DNA from: Pseudomonadota bacterium
GTDB taxonomy: Bacteria > Pseudomonadota > Alphaproteobacteria > Sphingomonadales > Sphingomonadaceae
NCBI GenBank assembly: GCA_040390605.1
Contig: JAZJXZ010000017.1
Coordinates: 34,948 to 98,947, forward strand
Reading direction: 5' to 3'
Length of the DNA: 64,000 nt
Position 1 is the first letter of the stretch; each line of letters opens with the position of its first letter. Shown piece after piece: positions 37,291-46,427 of this stretch. The notes beneath the pieces are model-generated. The model was not told the DNA's origin. It ran no database searches and saw nothing but the letters and a program-made list of their open reading frames with translations. Made by a program: the position numbers and the translations under genes.

Positions 37291-38119
37291 GAGCGTGAAC
37301 CTTTCCTTCGAGCAGGGCGGCGGCGCGATCGCGCTCGGCCATCAGGGTGGCGAAATCGGGCACGTTGCCGTCGCGCTCGAGCAGCACCGGGCGATGCCCC
37401 GCATGATCGAGCAGGTCGGCGAGTAGTGCCCAGACGGATTCGGCAACGGGGGTGTCGTGGCTGTCGATCAGCAGGTCGTCGCCGAGCAGCGGGTCGGCCG
37501 AATGGCCGGCGATGTGGATCTCACCAATCGCCGGGTGCGGCAAAGCAGCCAGATAGGCCTGGGCATCCTCGCCGAGATTGGCGGCGGCGACCGCGACATT
37601 GTTGACGTCGATCAGCAGCCCGCAGCCGGTGCGTGACACGATCTCGCGCAGGAAATCAGGCTCGTCCCACGCCGCGCCTTCGTTGGGCATGTAATGTGCC
37701 GGATTCTCGATCAGGATCGTCCGGCCCAGGGTCTGCTGGACGATATCGATATTGCGCGTGACGCAGGCCAGGGCCTCGGCGGTGCGCGGCACCGGCAGCA
37801 AATCGGGTAGGCAGCGCGTGCCGATCCGCGACCAGGCGAGATGCTCGGAGACGAGGAACGGATCGAAGCGCGCGACCAGCCGCGCCAGCTTGGCGAGGTG
37901 CAGCGCATCAGGCCGCTCGGCCCCGCCCAGCGACAGGCCGACGCCGTGCAGCGACAACGGCCGAACCTCGCGCAGCTCCTCCAGCATCATCAGCCGGGGG
38001 CCGCCCGCGACCATGTAATTCTCGGCATGGACCTCGAACCACATCCCGGCCGCCGGCGTGGCGATGGCCGCGTCGAAATGCTGCGGCTTGAAAGCCACGC
38101 CGGCGGTCGGGCGGTTCAT
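37283..38119 (-). CDS. bufB: DUF692 / MNIO family (MbnB/TglH/BufB-like) RiPP-modifying iron enzyme
   Basis: 278 aa. GVAFKPQHF...WFEVHAENYM...LSLHGVGLSLGG...FLVSEHLAW...IENP...DVNNV...EIHIAGH is the UPF0276/DUF692 pattern. Confidence 0.85.
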   Translation of the reverse strand: MNRPTAGVAFKPQHFDAAIATPAAGMWFEVHAENYMVAGGPRLMMLEELREVRPLSLHGVGLSLGGAERPDALHLAKLARLVARFDPFLVSEHLAWSRIGTRCLPDLLPVPRTAEALACVTRNIDIVQQTLGRTILIENPAHYMPNEGAAWDEPDFLREIVSRTGCGLLIDVNNVAVAAANLGEDAQAYLAALPHPAIGEIHIAGHSADPLLGDDLLIDSHDTPVAESVWALLADLLDHAGHRPVLLERDGNVPDFATLMAERDRAAALLEGKVHAHA

Positions 38120-38123
38120 CGCC

Positions 38124-38402
38124 TCAACCCTTCGGGGTCAGCGAGCCAAAGCCCTTGGGCGTCTTGATGCGCGTGCAGCTGCCCTTGGCAACGTACTTCC
38201 AGGCGTCACCCTGATAGGCGACGCGACTGGTGCCGGCGCAGCTGGTGCCGGCACCGGCCTTGCAATCGTTCTTGCCGGCCAGGCTGATGCCATAGCATTT
38301 GTCCTTGCCGGGCTGCGGCGCGACCGGGCCGGCATGGGCCGCGGCGGCGCCGAGCGCCGACAGGACGGCGGCGGTGAGGGCGAGATTGACGGTCTTCATC
38401 AT
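38124..38402 (-). CDS. bufA: DUF2282 4-Cys secreted precursor peptide (BufA1-type bufferin)
   Basis: [24 protein letters not shown] | [68 protein letters not shown]. Sec signal plus four Cys. Its stop lies 4 nt from the DUF692 start. Confidence 0.85.
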   Translation of the reverse strand: MMKTVNLALTAAVLSALGAAAAHAGPVAPQPGKDKCYGISLAGKNDCKAGAGTSCAGTSRVAYQGDAWKYVAKGSCTRIKTPKGFGSLTPKG

Positions 38403-38514
38403 GGTTCCTTTCGAAGGGGTGCTCCCTCTCGGGTGCGGCACGACATTCGCGTAAAACGCCGTCGGCGTCCGCTACCCGGACCGCATCGTTTCGATGCGCG
38501 CGGGTGATGGCGGC

Positions 38515-39660
38515 TCAGCCGGCAGCGGAGGTGTGGATCATCTCGCCGCCCATCGCCTCGTGCAGCACGAAACCCTCTAGCGGATCGACCTCGGCGCGCC
38601 ACGGCCCGGCTTCCAGCGTGCGCATCGTGTCGGCATAGCCGGCATCCCAGCGCGCGCGGATGCCCGCCGGGCTGAAGTCGATGTCCTTGCTGTGATCCTC
38701 GCAGGCCAGTGCCGGGGCGAGCAGGCGGATGACGTGCATGCGCGTCGGGCAGCCATAGGCGGCGAGCCCCGCCACCTCGGCCGACTGTCGCTTGTCCGCC
38801 GGTACCAGCGCCGACAATTCGGTGATCACATGGCGCAGCTTGTGAAGCTGGCGCTGGCGCTTGATATGGGTCGAGGCGCGGCTGGAATATTGCACGTCCT
38901 TCTGGCGGTTCATCACCTCCCAGATCGTTTCGGGCTCGGCCCCGTGCGGGTTCCAGATATGCACCGCATAGACCATCGAATCGCGCCGCGGATTGTCGTC
39001 GAACACCACCTCGACCGGCGTGTTCGAGAGGATGCCGCCGTCCCAATAGAGCTCGCCGTCGATGCGCACCGCGGGAAAGGCGGGCGGCAGCGCGCCCGAG
39101 GCCATTACGTGGCGCAGGTCGAGCGGCGTGTCGCGCGAATCGAAATAATGCATCTCGCTGGTCGTCACGCGCGAGGCACCGACGGTCAGCCGCACCGGGC
39201 CGGCATTGACCTGGTCGAAATCGATCAGGTCGGCGAGCGTCTTGCGTAGCGGCTCGACCGAATAATAGCCCGCGCCCTCCGCGCCCAATGTGCTGTGCGG
39301 GCTGACAAAGGCGCCGGCGTTGGGGGTGAAGAAGGCCGGTAGCCCGCCGACCACGGTCGACCAGTTGCGGAACATCGCCGAAAGCTGCGTCGGCAGCGCC
39401 CATTCGAAGGCGTGGCCATGTTCCATGCGGCGCCAGAATTCGCGCAGCCGCTCCATGCGCTCGTCGGCGCGACTACCGGCGATGATCGCGGCGTTGATCG
39501 CGCCGATCGAGGTGCCGATCACCCAGTCGGGCTCGACCCCGGCCTCGTGCAACGCCTGATAGACGCCGACCTGATAGGCACCGAGCGCGCCGCCGCCCTG
39601 GAGCACCAGCACCTGCTGGCCGTGGCGGCGTAGTTCGTCGTGAAGGGTAAGGCGAGACAT
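38515..39660 (-). CDS. patatin-like phospholipase
   Basis: Start MSRLTLHDEL, with AGGAGA 6 nt upstream. Oxyanion GGGALGAYQVG and nucleophile elbow GTSIGA are present. Confidence 0.85.
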   Translation of the reverse strand: MSRLTLHDELRRHGQQVLVLQGGGALGAYQVGVYQALHEAGVEPDWVIGTSIGAINAAIIAGSRADERMERLREFWRRMEHGHAFEWALPTQLSAMFRNWSTVVGGLPAFFTPNAGAFVSPHSTLGAEGAGYYSVEPLRKTLADLIDFDQVNAGPVRLTVGASRVTTSEMHYFDSRDTPLDLRHVMASGALPPAFPAVRIDGELYWDGGILSNTPVEVVFDDNPRRDSMVYAVHIWNPHGAEPETIWEVMNRQKDVQYSSRASTHIKRQRQLHKLRHVITELSALVPADKRQSAEVAGLAAYGCPTRMHVIRLLAPALACEDHSKDIDFSPAGIRARWDAGYADTMRTLEAGPWRAEVDPLEGFVLHEAMGGEMIHTSAAG

Positions 39661-39662
39661 GG

Positions 39663-40919
39663 TCATTCTCCTGGAAAATGGGGGGCGGGGTCGCCGGTGA
39701 TGAGCCGGGCGCCGCGTTCGAAGGTCAGGTAGTTCCACAGCCAGTGCACCCCGACGCTGAGGCGGTTGCGGAAGCCGGCGAGGAAGAAGATATGCGCGGT
39801 GCACCACAGCAGCCAGGCGAAGCCGCCCGACAGCCGCAGCCGCCCGAGATGGATCACCGCGCGGTGGCGGCCGATCGTCGCGAGATTCCCGTAATCGCGG
39901 TAGCGGAACGGCACGGCACGACCGCGCGCGATGTTGCGCGCGACGTGGCGGCCCTGTTGCTTGGCGACCGGCGCGACGCCGGGCAGCACGCGGCCCCCCG
40001 GTTCGGCGAAAGCGGCGGTGTCGCCGATCACGCTGATCTCCGGATAACCCGGCACGGTCAGGTCGGGCCTGACCAGCACGCGTCCGGCACGATCGGCCAT
40101 CGCGTCGAGCCACAAGGCGGCGGGCGAGGCGGCGACGCCTGCTGCCCAGATCACGGTGTGGGTCGGCACGCGGATGCCGCCGACATCGATATAACGATCG
40201 GTGATCGCCGAAACGGGCTTGCCGGCGAGCACCGTCACGCCAAGCTCCTCGATCGCGCGTTGCGCCCTGTTAGACAGCGCCTCGGGAAAGGCGGCGAGCA
40301 GGCGGGGTCCGGCCTCGACCAGCAGCACGCGCGAGCAATGCGGCGTGATGCTGCGGAAATCGCGCGACACCGATCGCCGGGCGAGTTCGGCGATCGCGCC
40401 GGCCATCTCGACCCCGGTCGGGCCGCCGCCGATCACCGTGAAGGTGAGCAGGGCCTGGCGGCGCGCCGGGTCGATCTCGTTCTCGGCGCGTTCGAGCGCG
40501 AGCAGCACCTTGCGGCGCACCGCGGTGGCGTCGTCGATCGTCTTGATGCCCGGCGCGTGCGCCGCCCAGTCGTCGCGGCCGAAATAGCTGTGCCGCGCTC
40601 CCGTGGCGATGATCAGGCTGTCGTAGCCGACCGGCGCCCCGTCGGCGAGAATCACGCGCCGGCCTTCGCGATCGATACCGATCACCGTGTCGAGCATGAC
40701 CCGCACATTGGCCTGGTCGCGCAGGATGGCGCGGATCGGTGCGGCGATGTCGGCGGGCGACAGGCCGGCGGTCGCCACCTGATAGAGCAGCGGCTGGAAC
40801 AGATGATGGTTGCGCCGGTCGATCAGCGTGATGTCGACCGCAGCGCGCGCCAACGCGCGCGCTGCGGCGAGCCCGCCAAAGCCGGCGCCGACGATCACGA
40901 CATGTTCGCGGGGCGTCAT
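39663..40919 (-). CDS. ndh: type II NADH dehydrogenase (NDH-2) / FAD-dependent oxidoreductase
   Basis: Start MTPREHVVIVGAGFGGLAAARAL, second dinucleotide fold TFTVIGGGPTGVEMAG, C-terminal membrane-anchoring helix. Confidence 0.85.
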   Translation of the reverse strand: MTPREHVVIVGAGFGGLAAARALARAAVDITLIDRRNHHLFQPLLYQVATAGLSPADIAAPIRAILRDQANVRVMLDTVIGIDREGRRVILADGAPVGYDSLIIATGARHSYFGRDDWAAHAPGIKTIDDATAVRRKVLLALERAENEIDPARRQALLTFTVIGGGPTGVEMAGAIAELARRSVSRDFRSITPHCSRVLLVEAGPRLLAAFPEALSNRAQRAIEELGVTVLAGKPVSAITDRYIDVGGIRVPTHTVIWAAGVAASPAALWLDAMADRAGRVLVRPDLTVPGYPEISVIGDTAAFAEPGGRVLPGVAPVAKQQGRHVARNIARGRAVPFRYRDYGNLATIGRHRAVIHLGRLRLSGGFAWLLWCTAHIFFLAGFRNRLSVGVHWLWNYLTFERGARLITGDPAPHFPGE

Positions 40920-41070
40920 GGCCGGCCGTATCGCGCCAGCTCGGCGAGCACGCCGCGCGTCGGCGCGTCGATCCGTTCGAGCGGCGTCGGGAACACGCGC
41001 CTGATCACGAAATAGGCCGAGAGCTCGGGTCGCAGCGTGCTGGCGCAGGGCTGCAACGAGGCCGGCGTGC

Positions 41071-41892
41071 TCATTGTGCCACCCACCCGCCATCGACCGG
41101 CAAGGCCGCGCCGGTGATCGACCGGCCGCCGTCCGAGCACAGGAACACCGCCAGCGCGCCGAGCTCCTCGACCGTGGCGAAGCGCTTGCTCGGCTGGGCG
41201 GCGAGCAGAACCGTCTCGATCACCGCCTCGCGGCTGATGCCGCGCGCCTTTGCCGTGTCCTCGATCTGGTTCTCGACCAGCGGGGTCCAGACATAACCCG
41301 GGCAGATCGCGTTGCAGGTCACGCCGAAGCGCGCGCCCTCCAGCGCGACGGTCTTGGTCAGCCCGACCACGCCATGTTTTGCGGCGACATAGGCGGCCTT
41401 GAACGGCGAGGCGACCAGGCCATGCGCCGAGGCCACATTGACGATGCGTCCCCAGCCGGCGGCCTTCATCGGCGCGAAGGCGGTGCGGATGGTGTGGAAC
41501 GCCGCCGACAGGTTGAGCGCGATGATCGCGTCCCACTTCGCCGCCGGGAAATCCTCGATCGGCGAAACGTGCTGGATGCCGGCATTGTTGACCAGGATAT
41601 CGACCTTGCCGAAGCCGGCGATGGCGTTCTCGACCAGCGCGACGGCACCGTCGGGGTCGATCAGGTTGGCGCCGTCATAGGTGACGCGCACACCGCACGA
41701 ATCGGCGAGTGCGCCACGCGTCGTCTCGATCGCCTCCATCTCGCCCAGGCCGTTGAGCACGATGTCGGCACCGGCTTCGGCCAGCGCGCGGGCGATGCCC
41801 AGGCCGATGCCGCTGGTCGATCCGGTGACGATGGCGACGCGGCCGGCGAGCGGTCGCGCGGCGTGCATCTGTTGCAGGGGTTGAACGGTCAT
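41071..41892 (-). CDS. bdhA: 3-hydroxybutyrate dehydrogenase (SDR)
   Basis: Start MTVQPL, with AGGAGA upstream. GRVAIVTGSTSGIGLGIA, NNAG and YVAAKHG catalytic motifs. Confidence 0.85.
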   Translation of the reverse strand: MTVQPLQQMHAARPLAGRVAIVTGSTSGIGLGIARALAEAGADIVLNGLGEMEAIETTRGALADSCGVRVTYDGANLIDPDGAVALVENAIAGFGKVDILVNNAGIQHVSPIEDFPAAKWDAIIALNLSAAFHTIRTAFAPMKAAGWGRIVNVASAHGLVASPFKAAYVAAKHGVVGLTKTVALEGARFGVTCNAICPGYVWTPLVENQIEDTAKARGISREAVIETVLLAAQPSKRFATVEELGALAVFLCSDGGRSITGAALPVDGGWVAQ

Positions 41893-42135
41893 GGGTGTCT
41901 CCTGGGAAGCTGTCGTTCCAAGGATGACCGTCCGGGGGCGCTGACTGAAATGCCGTTCCTGCATGGAAACCATGCGGACAATCGAATGTCCCCGCCGGCG
42001 GAACGCGCCTAAATTTCAGGTCGTCACGAGAAGCGGCCAGCTCCGGCCAAATCTCCTCCGCCACTGCCCTGGCACCCCGCGCCGGCCGCGCCGCCTCCCG
42101 TGACACGGTTTCATTTCACCAGAAGGACCATCGCC

Positions 42136-42582
42136 ATGAAGCTCAACCTACGCCTGACCGCGGCGCTCGCCGCCACCGCCACCGCCCTGATCGCCGCCCC
42201 GGCCTTTGCCGGCACCTGCCCCGCCGGCCGCATGGCCGCCAACCCGCTGACCGGTGCGGCGACCGCGCCGGTCGCGGTCACCGACGATGTCATCGGCTCG
42301 GTCGATCTCGGCAAGGAGATCAACGTCGATGGGCGCGACCTGCGCCTGCGCCGCCTCGTCGTTCAGCCGGGCGGCATCGTGCCGCTGCACAGCCATGCCG
42401 GCCGCCCTGCGCTGATCATCGTCGTGACCGGCGAGATGACCGAATATCGCAGCAGCTGCGCCGACCCGATCGTCCACCGCGCCGGCGAGGTAGCCAGCGA
42501 ATCCGGCGGTATCTCGCACTGGTGGAAGAACACCGGCAGCGTCGCTTCCGAACTGCTCTCGGCGGACGTCAAGGCGCGCTGA
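42136..42582 (+). CDS. secreted cupin-domain protein
   Basis: Signal peptide MKLNLRLTAALAATATALIAAPAFA. Cupin motif GGIVPLHSHAGRPALIIVVTGE. Confidence 0.65.
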   Translation: MKLNLRLTAALAATATALIAAPAFAGTCPAGRMAANPLTGAATAPVAVTDDVIGSVDLGKEINVDGRDLRLRRLVVQPGGIVPLHSHAGRPALIIVVTGEMTEYRSSCADPIVHRAGEVASESGGISHWWKNTGSVASELLSADVKAR

Positions 42583-42702
42583 AGCAGCGTCCGTCATGGA
42601 GGCGGCCGGTTCCCTGCCCCCGAAACCCGCCGCCTCCTCGCGCGGTGCCTGCAACCCCTGCGGGCACCGCGCACCCATGTTCAAATCAAGCGGGATCGTG
42701 AT

Positions 42703-43119
42703 GTGACAGATCCGTATCGCGTCGGCCTCGATGTGCTGGCGCAAACCGGTGCCGGCCAGGACACCCGGCGCAACCGCGTTGCCGAAATCGCGCCCGACTT
42801 CGCCCGCCTTGCCATCGGCTTTGCCTATGGCGAGATCTTCGCGCGGCCTGGACTCGACCTCAAGGAGCGCGAGCTCGCCGCCATCGCCGCGCATGCCGCG
42901 CTCGGCAGGGCCTCCGCGCAACTGCGCCAGCATGTCGAGGCTGCACTGCATCTCGGCTGGAGCCGCGCGGAGATCGTCGAGGTGCTGATCCAGACGGCGG
43001 TGCATGCCGGCCTTCCGGCCGCACTCGACGCCCTGTCAAATTGTCACGACCTGTTGGTCGAACGCAGTGGCTATTGCGCATCCTGCGAAAGCGATGCGCC
43101 GGATCGCGGCCAAACGTGA
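42703..43119 (+). CDS. carboxymuconolactone decarboxylase (AhpD-like) family protein
   Basis: GTG start. GLDLKERELAAIAAHAALGRASAQLRQHVEAALHLGWSRAEIVEVLIQTAVHAGLPAA is a CMD-domain pattern. Confidence 0.75.
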   Translation: MTDPYRVGLDVLAQTGAGQDTRRNRVAEIAPDFARLAIGFAYGEIFARPGLDLKERELAAIAAHAALGRASAQLRQHVEAALHLGWSRAEIVEVLIQTAVHAGLPAALDALSNCHDLLVERSGYCASCESDAPDRGQT

Positions 43120-43979
43120 CGCCGCGCCTCGCGCACGAACGCGCCGATCGCCGGTGAATGCGGCCGCCCGCGCACCGTGGCGAGGTAGATGGTCCGCTTA
43201 TAGCCCGGCTCGATCAGCGGTCGGATGACCAATTCCGGATCGGTGACGCAATATTCCGGGAAGAAGCCGAAGCCGAGCCCGGCCTTGATCATCTTCTGTA
43301 CCCATTCGTCGCGCGGTGAACTGAACACCTTCTTGGTGGTCACGCCCCGGCGCGCGAAATCCTCCGTCACGGTCTGGAACACCTCGCAATTGGTGCGCCC
43401 GACATAAGGCTCGCCATCGAGGTCCGCGACGCGGATCGCGTTCTTGCGCGCCCATGGATGGCCCGGCGGCAAGACGATGACGAAGCGCTCGGTGAACACC
43501 GGGACCTGGTGGAGCGAGTCGGGCAATTCCTCGGGCACGCCGATGATGCTGATCTGCAGGTCGCCCTTTTCCAGCGCAGCGATCATCGCCTGCGCCTCGC
43601 CATCGACCACGGTGACCTCGACATCGGGATGCGCGGCGCGAAAGCGCACGATCAGATCGGCGACGAGTTGCGGCCCGATCGTGCACATGGCGCCGATCGT
43701 CAGCGTGATGTTCTCGATCTTCTTCGCCGCTCTGGCGGCCTGACGCGCGGCCTGGGTCGATGCCTCGACGGTCTCGAGATAGGGCAGCATCATCCGGCCG
43801 AGCTCGGAGAGATGCGTGTTGTTGCGTTCGCGGTGGAACAGCGGACCGCCCAGCTCATGCTCGAGCTGCTGGATGGCGCGGGTCAGGGCGGGCTGGCTGA
43901 CATTGCAGCGTTCCGCCGCGCGCGTGAAATTGAGCGTCTCGGCCAGCGCGACGAAATAGCGGACCTGCTGCATTTCCAT
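43071..43979 (-). CDS. LysR family transcriptional regulator
   Basis: MEMQQVRYFVALAETLNFTRAAERCNVSQPALTRAIQQLE is a LysR HTH, followed by the substrate-binding domain. Confidence 0.9.
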   Translation of the reverse strand: MEMQQVRYFVALAETLNFTRAAERCNVSQPALTRAIQQLEHELGGPLFHRERNNTHLSELGRMMLPYLETVEASTQAARQAARAAKKIENITLTIGAMCTIGPQLVADLIVRFRAAHPDVEVTVVDGEAQAMIAALEKGDLQISIIGVPEELPDSLHQVPVFTERFVIVLPPGHPWARKNAIRVADLDGEPYVGRTNCEVFQTVTEDFARRGVTTKKVFSSPRDEWVQKMIKAGLGFGFFPEYCVTDPELVIRPLIEPGYKRTIYLATVRGRPHSPAIGAFVREARRHVWPRSGASLSQDAQ

Positions 43980-44060
43980 GATCGTCGCCTCCCCTCCGGC
44001 GCGCCCGTTTCGTTACCATCTCTCAACGATTTTTGCCAGCTTGCCGCTGCTGCGAGACGA

Positions 44061-45005
44061 TCAGGCCGCGACCCGAACCGCGCGCCGTTCGACCCGCCGC
44101 GCGAGCGTGATCGCGCCGGCGATCGACAGCGCCATCACCGACACCGCGACCCAGGCATAAGACAGCAGCAACGGCAGTCCGATCAGGATCAGCCCGTCAT
44201 TGCTGCCCGGCACCAGCATCGCGCCGACCCCCATCAAAGCGCCGCCGGCAGCGCAGCGCAGCACATCGCGCGCGCGCGGCGGCGTCGAGTTGAGCAGGCC
44301 GGCGATCCATCCCCCGGCGATCGCGCCGCCCAGCAGCGCCAGCACCATCGCCAGGCGCAGCGTCAGACGCGCCTCCATGCCATGCGCCAGCGCGGCGAGC
44401 GCGTCGGTATAGGCCCATGGCCCGACCGCCAGCAGCGTCGTCACGAAGGTCGCGGCGATCAGCAAGGTGGCGCGGTGCGGATGCCACAGATGCGCGAAGA
44501 AGCCGGGTGCGTGCGCCGCCTCGGCAAGCCGCCACATGATCGGCACGGCAATGGCGATAGCGACGATGCCGGCATGCGCGAATGGCGCGACATGCTGCGA
44601 TCCGGGCAACGCGGCAGCGCCGTGCAGCGGCACGAGACAGCCGAAATAGAAACCGACCGGCGTGGCCAGCCACGCCCATTGCCCCGAGCCGATCCTGGCG
44701 ATCGCACCGAACACGCAGGCGCGGTTGATCCAGGCGCCGAGGCCGAGCAGCACGCCGCCCGCCACCGTCGCGCCGCTCGGCGGATAACGCGCCGGGGACA
44801 TGGCGAACAAGCCGGCGAGCTGGGCCAGCGCGAGCAACCCGCCGACCCACAATGCCGCCTCGCCCAGCGCCAGCGCGCGCGTCGCGCGGCGCATCGTGAC
44901 GATCTCATCGACCGCCGCGACCATGCAGGTCGCGCCGCGCTGGATGGCGAGACCCATCAGCGCGGCGGACATCAGGGCGATGGCGGCGGCAGCCCAGCCG
45001 TACAT
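44061..45005 (-). CDS. YeeE/YedE-like polytopic membrane protein (putative sulfur-compound transporter)
   Basis: Start MYGWAAAAIALMSA. Repeated ...RGATCMVAAV... and ...NRACVFGAIA... Cys-containing helices as in YeeE/YedE. One-nucleotide overlap with the upstream gene. Confidence 0.55.
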   Translation of the reverse strand: MYGWAAAAIALMSAALMGLAIQRGATCMVAAVDEIVTMRRATRALALGEAALWVGGLLALAQLAGLFAMSPARYPPSGATVAGGVLLGLGAWINRACVFGAIARIGSGQWAWLATPVGFYFGCLVPLHGAAALPGSQHVAPFAHAGIVAIAIAVPIMWRLAEAAHAPGFFAHLWHPHRATLLIAATFVTTLLAVGPWAYTDALAALAHGMEARLTLRLAMVLALLGGAIAGGWIAGLLNSTPPRARDVLRCAAGGALMGVGAMLVPGSNDGLILIGLPLLLSYAWVAVSVMALSIAGAITLARRVERRAVRVAA

Positions 45006-45502
45006 CAGCGCGTCGCGGCGCCGGCGATCGAGGCGGCGACCTCGCTGGCCATCCTGAACTGCGCAGCGCGGTCGGTGATGCGATAGCGCCGTGCGATGAA
45101 GCCGAAATCGGTCCACGCCACCCACACCTGGCCGCTGGTGTCTTCCAGCACCAGCATGCGCACCGGCCAGTCGAGCCCGGCATAGGGATTGGACTGGAGA
45201 AACTGCACGCCGAGCGGCGGGTTGCCGAACAGCACCAGGGTCGAGCGGCGGATCTTGAGTCCCGCGCCCTCGCCAAGGCCGCTCTGGTCGATCGCGTCGA
45301 AGAAGCGGATGCCCTTGGCCGCGACATCGGCCTTGAGTTGCGCGACGGTCTGGTCGAAGCCGCTGGCGCTGCGCAGTTGCACGACGCCGTCGGCGGCGGC
45401 GACCGGCGTGGCGGTGGCGGCCCTGGTTCCGGCGGCGGTGGCGGGGGCGCCGGTGAGCGCGGCGACAGCGATGAGCGGCGCGAGGATAAGCGGATATTTC
45501 AT
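45005..45502 (-). CDS. secreted DUF302-domain protein
   Basis: Signal peptide MKYPLILAPLIAVAALTGAPATA. ...VLFGNPPLGVQFLQSNPYAGLDWPVRMLVLED is DUF302-like. GGAGA RBS. Confidence 0.65.
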   Translation of the reverse strand: MKYPLILAPLIAVAALTGAPATAAGTRAATATPVAAADGVVQLRSASGFDQTVAQLKADVAAKGIRFFDAIDQSGLGEGAGLKIRRSTLVLFGNPPLGVQFLQSNPYAGLDWPVRMLVLEDTSGQVWVAWTDFGFIARRYRITDRAAQFRMASEVAASIAGAATR

Positions 45503-45668
45503 ACTGGTCTCCTGTCGGCGAAGGTCGCGTTTGACAGGGCCGCTATCGCGAACGGCGGCGGGGGAGTGAAATCGGCTCTTGCTATGGTTTCGATGACCGG
45601 TGCCTATGATCGTCCCGCCGACGGCAACGATCATTCAGGAGCGCGAAGCGACCGGGTTCACGGTCCAG

Positions 45669-46427
45669 TCAATTGTCCGCGCAGCTGAAACCCGCGATGA
45701 GACCCTCGGACACCCACTGCGCCAGATATTGCCCCGCTTGCCCGACGCCGCGCTCTTCGCCCAGCCTGTCGACGAGTCGCGAACACAGTCCTTCGAACGA
45801 GACGCCGGACCGGACGAGGAGCAGGCACATCAGTTCCTGCGCCTCCGCGGTGCGAAAGTGCGATATGTGCCCTCGCCGCCAGACGATAACGGGCAAACTT
45901 TCCTCGAGATACTCGACTGGCGGCGGGACGTCGCCCGCATCGATGGCCGACCAGAGCGCGGCGGCGTTGGTCCATAGCGGTCGATGATCGAACGTTGGCG
46001 GGAGGTGCAAAACCGCCTTTGCCCAGTCGATGTCGCCAAGCTGGTCCATGCCGAGCTCGGTCGCATCGGGGCCGACGAATGCCTCGCCCAGCGCGCATTC
46101 GATCCACGCGAGTTCACCGACCTCCGGATCATCCTCGAAGGCGCTCGACAACGTCGCCGGAAAATCGCGCGCATAGGCGTCGAGCGTCCAGCTGCTCGGC
46201 GGAACGCGGTCGATGTGCGTGACGAGCGACTGCAGAAAGAGATCGCCCCCGAGCCACGCGCGGGTATGGGGAAAGGCTTCGTCGAGGCACGCAATAAGCT
46301 GCGCGCGATAGTTGTTCATATAGACATCGAGTCCTGCGGCGGCGCTCTCGCCGATCCGCCGGGCCGCCGACCGGTCCTCGTGGACCAGCCAGGCGCGGAC
46401 GTCGCGTTGCAGCGCCAGCAGGCTCAT
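45669..46427 (-). CDS. bufC: DUF2063 protein (BufC-type), second copy
   Basis: MSLLALQRDVRAWL...GLDVYMNNYRAQLIACLDEAFPHTRAWLGGDLF. ATGA overlap with the DUF692 stop. Confidence 0.8.
   Translation of the reverse strand: MSLLALQRDVRAWLVHEDRSAARRIGESAAAGLDVYMNNYRAQLIACLDEAFPHTRAWLGGDLFLQSLVTHIDRVPPSSWTLDAYARDFPATLSSAFEDDPEVGELAWIECALGEAFVGPDATELGMDQLGDIDWAKAVLHLPPTFDHRPLWTNAAALWSAIDAGDVPPPVEYLEESLPVIVWRRGHISHFRTAEAQELMCLLLVRSGVSFEGLCSRLVDRLGEERGVGQAGQYLAQWVSEGLIAGFSCADN

Noticed and set aside
38515-39660. Patatin-like phospholipase as an effector of a CBASS-type defence system
   Set aside because: No cyclase, sensor or other defence-type partner is nearby. Its neighbours are ndh and bdhA, so it is most simply a housekeeping lipase.
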